Shown here piece by piece: positions 56,858 to 64,000 of a stretch of DNA of 64,000 nt; positions within the stretch are counted from its first letter, which is position 1; each line of letters opens with the position of its first letter. Origin of the DNA: a bacterium GBS-1 (GTDB lineage: Bacteria; Synergistota; GBS-1); assembly GCA_001443005.1 (NCBI GenBank), contig LEKQ01000001.1, positions 142,792 through 206,791 of the forward strand, written 5' to 3'. The notes below the pieces were generated by a model. It worked only from the letters and a program-made list of their open reading frames with translations, ran no database searches and was not told the origin of the DNA. The translations under genes were made by a program, and so were the position numbers.

Positions 56858-58454
56858 CCGAAGGACAAGGATTATACATTTTATAGCTTCTTACCTGTTC
56901 TTCTCCTTATTTATAATAGCGCTATCTAATCCCGCCACAGCACTCGGCAAAAGATCAGCCTTAGTTCTATACGATGAAGTAACGCAAGACTATGGAACTA
57001 GTTTAGTAAATATCTTAGGACACTTCTACAATGAGTATGATGTAAATCTGATTAACATCTCTAAAGCCGATCTTGAAGAAGTTAAAGAAGTAGATGCTCT
57101 ATTTTTACTTGCCACTTACTTTTCTTTTAACTACGATATCAACCTGATTAAAGTGATAGGGGAGAGGGAGATTCAAGGAAATAAAATAACATGTCTTATA
57201 GGAACTCCACCCTGGCTTAAAAGAAGTAAAACCATGAAAAGCTTCACATATGTAAGCTACAAAGGTAATGACTACAGAGAGGGAACTTATGACCTGTTTC
57301 CTGTAGATATAGATTTTGACATCACATTAGCAAAATTACATATGGGAGACAAAACCGACGAAACCCCTTTAATAGCAAGGAGAGGAAACCTTTGGATCAT
57401 CCAAGGGTTTCCCATATTTGGCATACACTCCTGGATTTTAGGCGATGCACTACACGACATCCTTGAGGTGAAACACAAAGATGACAAAAACGTATCTCTT
57501 AGGCTCGAAGATGTTAACCCTTCTTACTCTGATCGAGATATTAAGAACTTAGAAGAATGCATAGAATATCTTCATAGCGAAAACATTCCCTTTTTCGTAG
57601 TAGTCTATCCCGTATTCATAGACCGTAAGAGTAATAAGATCATAACTCTAGCGCAAAATCCAAAGCTTATATCCGTACTTAAGAAGGCTGAAAAAATGGG
57701 AGGTAACATAGTGATGCATGGAGTAACTCACCAGCATCAATACATGGAGGTCTCTGGAGAGGGATCTGAGTTCTGGGACATGATTGAAGACAAACCGCTA
57801 TATAATGAAGTGGAATTCTTTAATGAAAGGATATCCTATGGGCTTAAAATCTTCAAGGAGGCCGGATTAAATCCATTGTTTTTCGAAGCACCTCACTATA
57901 ACCTTTCATTAAACTTACAGTTCGAACTTTCTAAATACTTTAGCACGCTACTCGGATCAGTTTTGATAAGCGATAGAACCTATAGAATCTCCCAAAGCTT
58001 TCCATTCTTAATATACAAAAGCTACTCCGGATTGATGGTTATTCCTGAACAGCTGGGCTATATCTCAGTGGACGATATCTCTGGATCGATAAGCTCGATA
58101 AAGGAAAAAGCCCTAAAACTTAAGAACATCGTCAGAGACCCTATGGCCTGTTTCTTCTATCACCCCTTCGTCAATGGCGTAGTTCCCTTAAAGGAGCTAA
58201 TTTCCTTCTTCATAAATGAAGGGTTCAGTTTTGTTAATATCTCTTCATACGTTCAACCTCCAAAAGCTCTCACGATAGATACTTCTTCTTCGAAACCCAT
58301 AGAGGATATAACAAAAATTGGAAGAAAACCGATCTATATAGGAAAGACCTTCGCAACGTTTTCCATAGCTTCCTCTATACTCTTTTTTCTAATTTACCTT
58401 AAGATTCTAAAGAAGAGAAAGAGGAGGCTTTTTGAAATTGATAAACCTTCTTGA
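56838..58454 (+). CDS. polysaccharide deacetylase-like protein (CE4/DUF2334-like) with N-terminal domain and C-terminal TM anchor
   Basis: Signal/TM N-terminus. LRLEDVNP and VMHGVTHQH resemble CE4 metal-binding motifs. A C-terminal hydrophobic helix is followed by KKRKRR. Confidence 0.55.
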   Translation: MSMTLNNRRTRIIHFIASYLFFSLFIIALSNPATALGKRSALVLYDEVTQDYGTSLVNILGHFYNEYDVNLINISKADLEEVKEVDALFLLATYFSFNYDINLIKVIGEREIQGNKITCLIGTPPWLKRSKTMKSFTYVSYKGNDYREGTYDLFPVDIDFDITLAKLHMGDKTDETPLIARRGNLWIIQGFPIFGIHSWILGDALHDILEVKHKDDKNVSLRLEDVNPSYSDRDIKNLEECIEYLHSENIPFFVVVYPVFIDRKSNKIITLAQNPKLISVLKKAEKMGGNIVMHGVTHQHQYMEVSGEGSEFWDMIEDKPLYNEVEFFNERISYGLKIFKEAGLNPLFFEAPHYNLSLNLQFELSKYFSTLLGSVLISDRTYRISQSFPFLIYKSYSGLMVIPEQLGYISVDDISGSISSIKEKALKLKNIVRDPMACFFYHPFVNGVVPLKELISFFINEGFSFVNISSYVQPPKALTIDTSSSKPIEDITKIGRKPIYIGKTFATFSIASSILFFLIYLKILKKRKRRLFEIDKPS

Positions 58455-59709
58455 TTATGCCTTCATCTTCTCTGTAATGGTGATATGGACCCTACTGTTG
58501 TACCATGTCATACTGTCCTTCTTAGGCTTTAGATATTCTCTAATCTCAGAAAGAGAAAAGGAGAGGTTCGATTTAACACCCCTTAACGAAAGCAGTCTTC
58601 CAAAGGTAACGATACTTATACCTGCTCATAATGAGTCAGCTGTTATAGAAAGAACCTTAATAGCTATGGGAAACCTTAACTATCCTAAGGAGAAGCTCGA
58701 GATTCTTTGCCTTAATGATAACTCCACCGATAACACTGAATCGATCGCAAGAAGGACAGCTGAAAAAATAGGAAAGCATATAAAGGTGGTCAATGTCCCT
58801 CGTGAAAGGGGCAAGCGGGGAAAGTCGTCAGTCCTAAACTATGGCTTAGAGATAGCTACAGGAGAGGTAATAGCTGTATATGACGCTGATAATACTCCCG
58901 AAAGCAATTCCTTACTCTACCTAGTCCGAAACCTTTTAGAGGGTAGAGGGAAAATTGGAGCAGTTATAGGTAAGTTTAGAACCAGGAATAGGGAAAGAAA
59001 CCTTTTAACCCACTTCATAAACTTAGAAACCATATTTTATCAGTGGACAACGCAGGCCGGCAGATGGCATCTATACAAGCTAGCTACACTTCCAGGAACA
59101 AACTTCGTAATATGGAAGAGCCTTTTAAATGAACTAAACGGATGGGATACAAAGGCCTTAACAGAGGATACCGAGCTTTCTTTGAGAATCTACCTTAAAA
59201 ACCTGCTTATAAAGATGGTTCCATATGCAATAACCTGGGAAGAAGAACCCGAAAGGTTAAGCGTTTGGTTCAAACAAAGAACAAGATGGGCTCAAGGTAA
59301 TCTCTATGTTCTTAGGAAATACTTTTTCCCTCTTCTTTTTTCCGGAAACTTTATGCTTTTCTTCGATTTACTTTACCTCATAATAGTGTACTTCCTTTTT
59401 CTTTCGAGCATCGTAATTTCCTTGTTTATATTCCTAACAGGAATAATGGGGTTATGGAGAGTAAATGTAGAAGGACCATTTAATCTGCTATGGTTCATGG
59501 CCATTATCCTTTTCATACTTGAACTGGGAATAACGCTTACGTCTGAACCAGGGGAAAACAGGCTAGGAAATCTTTTGCTTGGGCTATTGATGTACTTCAC
59601 ATATACTCAGCTTTGGATTTTAGTTGTGATAAACGCCCTATGGCAATCTATAAAATCGATTTTAAAGAGAGAAGGACTCTCTTGGTATAAAACAGAAAGG
59701 GCAGGGTGA
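58432..59709 (+). CDS. family-2 processive glycosyltransferase (PgaC/IcaA/BcsA-core-like synthase, no PilZ)
   Basis: N-terminal TM, GT-A fold with ILIPAHNES, DAD (DxD) and QRTRWAQG (QxxRW), then four C-terminal TM helices. 425 aa. Confidence 0.85.
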   Translation: MKLINLLDYAFIFSVMVIWTLLLYHVILSFLGFRYSLISEREKERFDLTPLNESSLPKVTILIPAHNESAVIERTLIAMGNLNYPKEKLEILCLNDNSTDNTESIARRTAEKIGKHIKVVNVPRERGKRGKSSVLNYGLEIATGEVIAVYDADNTPESNSLLYLVRNLLEGRGKIGAVIGKFRTRNRERNLLTHFINLETIFYQWTTQAGRWHLYKLATLPGTNFVIWKSLLNELNGWDTKALTEDTELSLRIYLKNLLIKMVPYAITWEEEPERLSVWFKQRTRWAQGNLYVLRKYFFPLLFSGNFMLFFDLLYLIIVYFLFLSSIVISLFIFLTGIMGLWRVNVEGPFNLLWFMAIILFILELGITLTSEPGENRLGNLLLGLLMYFTYTQLWILVVINALWQSIKSILKREGLSWYKTERAG

Positions 59710-59715
59710 GAGAAA

Positions 59716-61770
59716 TTGACAAAATTATGCTTAATACTGATGTTTCTTATAGTAGCGCTACAGGAACCAACCCTAGCTAACCAGAATGCTTATCCAAACG
59801 AGGAAAAACCGGAAAGCTTAAACATATTTCTAACTATAGAGGATATAAGCATATCCTCTATATTTGGTTATAAGGATTTCTATTTCACAATACCACCATC
59901 ATGGAAGCTTCTACCAGGATCATTTCTAGACCTAGTTATAAGTCATTCCAAGGCGATTAAACCTGATTTATCGGGTTTAACAATCTACCTAAATGGAATG
60001 CCAATCTATTCAATCCCACTAGATGATAGTAACTCATTGAAAACATCGATCAAAATTCCAATTCCAGAAGGAAACCTGAAGAGGGGCATTAACATTTTAG
60101 AAGTTAAAGGCTTCTTGAAAACTACCGGTAGGGGACTCACTGACGTGGGCAATCCTATCAATTGGGTAAAAGTTCATAAGGAGAGTTATGTCCGCTTAAA
60201 ATACTTCCTAAGAAAGGATCTGAGTATAAAAGATTTTCCTTCTCCATACTTTGAGGAAAACGTTCCACAGGATGAAATGACCGCCTTTATTCTTCCACAA
60301 AATTGGTCTGATACCGAGCTTAAGGCTGTCCTAGTAATAGTCCTCGATTGGGTTCGAAGATCACCGTTAAAGTGGTTCGCCCCTAAAATATTCACATTTG
60401 ATGAGCTTAACGAAGAGATAAAAGAAACCTACAATTTAATCTATATAGGAAAAGCCACTTCCTTTACACCTGAGGTCTTAAAGGAGTTCAACGTAGATAT
60501 TCCAAGCTTAGGAGAGGGTACCATCATTTCAAGCCTTATAAGTAAAAATAAAAAAGCAAAACTTCTCGTTTCATCTAAAGGAGACGATGGGATAAGCAGA
60601 GGAGCTTTATCTCTTCTATCCCCAGAAATTACAAAACAAATCGAAGGCGATAAAGCTTACATTCCACCCTACGTAAAGATTCCTTCACTAAGCCAAAAAG
60701 CTTTAACCACAGGAAATATCGTATATTTTAATGACCTAATAAAAAGGGATATAGTATTTAAGGGGGCCTATTCTCACTCAGATGCGATTGCACTTAGAAT
60801 ACCTCAAAACTGGTTGATAAAGGGAACACCATATTTAGCGATTCAATTTAGGCATTCCCCAAATCTAAATAGTAAACGTTCAGCCTTAACCATATTGATA
60901 AATGGCATTCCAATTAAGTCGGTAGAGCTTTCTCCCCAAAATGCAGCAGGGGATAAAGTTACCATACCTATACCCTATGATTCTATAAAGCAGGGCTTAA
61001 TATACGTTACTTTCGAAGCTTATTTAGACATAGATATTTTAGACACTGATTACAACTATCCAGAAATAGCTTGGCTTGTAATAGAAAAATACTCTTATTT
61101 CAGCATACCTCATGAGATAGGACTTATGGCAACGACCTTAGAAAACCTTCCTTATACGATCCCAAATGCTATAGGGGTTCTCCTGGGAAGGGAAAAGAGC
61201 AGCAAAGCTCTAAACACCTTACTTTACTGCCTAATGGGCCTACAAAAGCTAAATCCACAAACCCTGCAAATCTCAATATTAAACCTAGATAAAGAGAAAC
61301 TTCTAGAGAACAGCTTCAAAACCCTGATAGTACTAGCACCTATAGAGGAACTCGAAAAAGCTGGCATAAAAATTCCTTTGAATGAAATACCAGCTCTTCC
61401 AAGCTTCATTGAAAACGCAACATTGTGGCAAACTCAAAACCTTAAAGGAAAAGAAAACCCTTTAGTATTAGTAATATCTTGGATAAAGAATCATCCCAAA
61501 CTATATCCTGAGTATGAAAAGACTCTTTTAGAATGGAAGCTCAAAGGGAATATAGCGATGGTTTCCGGTAATGGAGAGGTAATTCCATTTTACATCTCTG
61601 AAGCTCCTACCAAATTACTAGAAGTAAAAATTAAAGAGCAAAGCTTCTTTGAAAAGATATGGGCAAATCTCTCACAAAACCGAAATTTCTTAGGCCTATT
61701 TTTGCTAACGTTTATCACTATCTCGATAGTTATATTAATAATCTTCATAAAAATTAGGAAACAAGAGTAA
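59716..61770 (+). CDS. BcsB-like periplasmic co-polymerase subunit with C-terminal TM anchor
   Basis: Signal peptide. Two repeats of the BcsB-like pattern (LTIYLNGMPIYSIPL...GINILEV...NWVKV; LTILINGIPIKSVEL...IAWLVIEKY). Single C-terminal TM. Confidence 0.6.
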   Translation: MTKLCLILMFLIVALQEPTLANQNAYPNEEKPESLNIFLTIEDISISSIFGYKDFYFTIPPSWKLLPGSFLDLVISHSKAIKPDLSGLTIYLNGMPIYSIPLDDSNSLKTSIKIPIPEGNLKRGINILEVKGFLKTTGRGLTDVGNPINWVKVHKESYVRLKYFLRKDLSIKDFPSPYFEENVPQDEMTAFILPQNWSDTELKAVLVIVLDWVRRSPLKWFAPKIFTFDELNEEIKETYNLIYIGKATSFTPEVLKEFNVDIPSLGEGTIISSLISKNKKAKLLVSSKGDDGISRGALSLLSPEITKQIEGDKAYIPPYVKIPSLSQKALTTGNIVYFNDLIKRDIVFKGAYSHSDAIALRIPQNWLIKGTPYLAIQFRHSPNLNSKRSALTILINGIPIKSVELSPQNAAGDKVTIPIPYDSIKQGLIYVTFEAYLDIDILDTDYNYPEIAWLVIEKYSYFSIPHEIGLMATTLENLPYTIPNAIGVLLGREKSSKALNTLLYCLMGLQKLNPQTLQISILNLDKEKLLENSFKTLIVLAPIEELEKAGIKIPLNEIPALPSFIENATLWQTQNLKGKENPLVLVISWIKNHPKLYPEYEKTLLEWKLKGNIAMVSGNGEVIPFYISEAPTKLLEVKIKEQSFFEKIWANLSQNRNFLGLFLLTFITISIVILIIFIKIRKQE

Positions 61771-62070
61771 AATATCTTAGAAGATCAGATGCTTGACTCT
61801 CATGAAAGAATAAAAATTGAGATCGATAACATCCTTAAGAACAAGTGGATCTTGACATCATCTTATGTGGCGGTATAGAGGATATTGATAAAACCTATCA
61901 GTTTGAAAGGATCTTTTGAAAAGAATCTATCCTTCCTAATCGGTCTATTTAACATAAGATACATTATCCGACATAATGATCTAGAGCATATATTTTATTA
62001 AATCCCACGGACGAAGAAACATAAAAACTGTGTTTTTCCTTACCCATCGGCTCTTCAACATTCTGGGACG

Positions 62071-62967
62071 TTAGAAAGAAGTCAGAGAGTAAGCTATCTC
62101 TAGGGCTTCATGTGGTCCGAATATGCCACTCGGGGCTTCCAAAGCTTTCTTAAGAAAAATCCTCTCAGTCTTAAGCTTTAGGGCCCCTATAGCTTTCGAT
62201 CCTATACCATAAACGCCGGAAAGAACCTCGTTAAGCATGTGATTCGCAGTTATTCCCTCTATACCATGAGGAGGAACAGGATTACTATCTACAAGAAGTC
62301 TACATTTGTTAAGCTTCCTTAAAAGCTCCATACTCACAATTCTAACCCCTGGTGGACCTGTAGATATTATCAAATCTGATGCAAGGCAAGCCTCCTCAGC
62401 TTCCTCTAACTTAAAAAGATGCACTTTTTCGTCCCCAATCTCAAGATTAGTAGAAGAAACCGACTCCATAGCACGTCCCAAGTCTATATCCACTACATTA
62501 ACCTTTACTCCCTGATAAGCAAGAAGATAAGAAGTCATAGAACCTATATTTCCTCCACCAGCAAAAACAGTAGCAATCTTACCATCTAAAGTTTCTCCTA
62601 GCTTCGCAAAAAAGCGCTTCACGAGAGCCACTATAGCTGCCGAAGTTGTAGAAGCCCCTCGAGGGTCAAAAGCAACGGATATTTCAAAGGGCGGGAAAAG
62701 GGTTCTCTTAACCTCCTCAAGCAGCCTTTTCCCTTCTTTAACAGTGCTTCCACCCACGAAAATAGCTGTATTTTTAATACCCTCAGGCCCTCTAGAAAAC
62801 ATCGTATCGATTATCAAATTTCTAACTTCCTCAGGAAGAACGTTACCATAAGGAATAACTATATCAGCACCTGCATCATACATCACAAAAAGATCAAAAG
62901 GACTAGGGTGCTTTTCACTTGTTATAAAAAGAAATATCTTTTTCCTATCTTCCAAGCAAAACACCAC
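62071..62967 (-). CDS. MtdA-like NAD(P)-dependent methylene-tetrahydromethanopterin/tetrahydrofolate dehydrogenase family protein
   Basis: IFLFITSEKHPSPFDLFVMYDAGADIVIPYGNV and TAIFVGGS...FPPFEISVAFDPRGASTTSAA align with the MtdA N-terminal domain. GGGNIGSMTSY Rossmann fold. Confidence 0.6.
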   Translation of the reverse strand: MVFCLEDRKKIFLFITSEKHPSPFDLFVMYDAGADIVIPYGNVLPEEVRNLIIDTMFSRGPEGIKNTAIFVGGSTVKEGKRLLEEVKRTLFPPFEISVAFDPRGASTTSAAIVALVKRFFAKLGETLDGKIATVFAGGGNIGSMTSYLLAYQGVKVNVVDIDLGRAMESVSSTNLEIGDEKVHLFKLEEAEEACLASDLIISTGPPGVRIVSMELLRKLNKCRLLVDSNPVPPHGIEGITANHMLNEVLSGVYGIGSKAIGALKLKTERIFLKKALEAPSGIFGPHEALEIAYSLTSF

Positions 62968-62968
62968 C

Positions 62969-63739
62969 TTAAAGGGCTAAATCTGCATTCTTAATGTCAG
63001 TTATAAACATATGGCCTGGCGAATGGGTTATCATTAGCTCTGGTCTAACATGCATGGCAACAGCCTGAGGAGTAACTCCACACGCCCAAAAGACCATAAC
63101 ATCTCCATCCTCAACTACCGGCGGATCCCCAAAATCCGGCTCCATAATATCCCTTATACCTATTAACTCTGGATATCCTATATGAACTGGAGCACCATGA
63201 ACCTTAGGAAACCTAGAAGTGATTAAGACAGCTTTCACCACAAGATTATAGGGAATGGGACGAGCACTGACCACCATTGGACCATGGAATCTACCTGCAG
63301 GAATGCATTGAATGTTAGTTATATACATCGGTACATTTCTCCCATTTTCTACGTGTCTAACTGGTACCCCCTCTTCCATAAGCGCCCATTCAAAAGAAAA
63401 ACTGCAACCGATCAAAAAACCCACTAAATCTTCTCTCCAATATCGCTCTATGTCCGTCGGTTCATCTACCAGCTCTCCCCTGACATAAACTCTATACTTG
63501 GGCAAATCGTAACGTATATCAGCATCTGAAGCTGTAATCTTAGGCTTAGGATCTCCTACATCTAGGACCTCCAATATAGGACAGGGCTTAGGATTTCTCT
63601 GAGCGAAGAGAAGAAAATCATAAGCATGGTCTTTCGGTAATATAACAAGATTAGCTTGAGCATAAGATGGAGCCAACCCCGCTGTAGGCTTATCCCATTT
63701 CTTCTCCCTAATCATCTTTCTTATCTCCTTAGGTGTCAT
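62969..63739 (-). CDS. DUF1445-family putative hydro-lyase (D-glutamate cyclase-like)
   Basis: 256 aa. [36 protein letters not shown] matches the UPF0317/DUF1445 family. Confidence 0.55.
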   Translation of the reverse strand: MTPKEIRKMIREKKWDKPTAGLAPSYAQANLVILPKDHAYDFLLFAQRNPKPCPILEVLDVGDPKPKITASDADIRYDLPKYRVYVRGELVDEPTDIERYWREDLVGFLIGCSFSFEWALMEEGVPVRHVENGRNVPMYITNIQCIPAGRFHGPMVVSARPIPYNLVVKAVLITSRFPKVHGAPVHIGYPELIGIRDIMEPDFGDPPVVEDGDVMVFWACGVTPQAVAMHVRPELMITHSPGHMFITDIKNADLAL

Positions 63740-63816
63740 CTTCCTATTCCTCCCACATTCATTCTTCGTATCATTATCTTAAGTATACCACAAAGGTCTA
63801 TGATATAATAATTAAC

Positions 63817-64000
63817 ATGAGGAAAGAAGCAATAAAGGTAGCTCTTGTGGGAAGCTTGTATGCCGCTCTTACTATAGTTCTAGCTCCCATAAGTTATGGC
63901 CCTGTCCAAGTTAGAATCGCAGAAGCCCTCACCGTTTTACCTTATATAAGAAGAAACTACATGTGGGGATTGTTCGGAGGATGCATAGTAGCTAATATAT
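63817..64000 (+). CDS. queT: queuosine precursor transporter QueT-like (ECF S-component), 3' truncated by window edge
   Basis: MRKEAIKVALVGSLYAALTIVLAPISYGPVQVRIAEALTVLPY matches the QueT N-terminus. A TATAAT box lies 7 nt upstream of the ATG. Confidence 0.55.
   Translation, partial: MRKEAIKVALVGSLYAALTIVLAPISYGPVQVRIAEALTVLPYIRRNYMWGLFGGCIVANI

Noticed and set aside
1-64000. Search for CRISPR arrays, tRNA/rRNA genes, IS elements and integrases
   Set aside because: I saw no regularly spaced direct repeats, no cloverleaf-compatible intergenic segments longer than about 70 nt with tRNA hallmarks, and no transposase or integrase-like ORFs. The window appears to be core chromosome with metabolic islands, not a mobile element.

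Overview
This window is a gene-dense bacterial chromosomal segment of about 64 kb with low GC (roughly 40% by eye). Codon usage is rich in AGA/AGG/ATA, and GTG/TTG starts with strong AGGAGG-type Shine-Dalgarno sites are common, which fits a thermophilic anaerobe. I cannot assign a taxon from sequence alone. Most genes lie on the + strand. About half the window is housekeeping: galU-glmS, trxB, the rimP-nusA-ylxR-L7Ae-infB-DUF503-rbfA-nrnA-truB-ribF operon, panB-panE, hisS-aspS-acpS-nnr-tsaE-tsaB, and tyrA/pheA. I found no tRNA or rRNA genes, no CRISPR array and no obvious mobile element. Four accessory blocks stand out. (1) A tungsten aldehyde:ferredoxin oxidoreductase operon at 29.5-34.2 kb, with a four-cluster ferredoxin, a MoaD/ThiS-like protein, a FAD oxidase and an ornithine cyclodeaminase homologue. 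A divergent WtpABC-type tungstate ABC transporter sits at 49-51.8 kb. (2) A large hydrogenase supercluster at 34.2-48.4 kb. It comprises a DRTGG/CBS-GHKL/DRTGG/PHP sensory cassette, a NuoE-HATPase-Trx-like-NuoF::GltD module, a second NuoE-NuoF-NuoG set, the [NiFe] small and large subunits, a maturation protease, and hypA/hypB. (3) A synthase-dependent exopolysaccharide locus at 54.8-61.8 kb: a GH8-like lipoprotein, a degenerate GGDEF protein with an intact I-site, a CE4-like deacetylase, a GT2 synthase and a BcsB-like protein. (4) Smaller oddities: an LMW-PTP with a coiled-coil insertion next to an orphan fliS; a SpoVS homologue; a secreted protein with a Gly/Cys-rich C-terminal sorting-signal-like tail; an MtdA-like dehydrogenase paired with a DUF1445 hydro-lyase; and three genes that appear to initiate at CTG.
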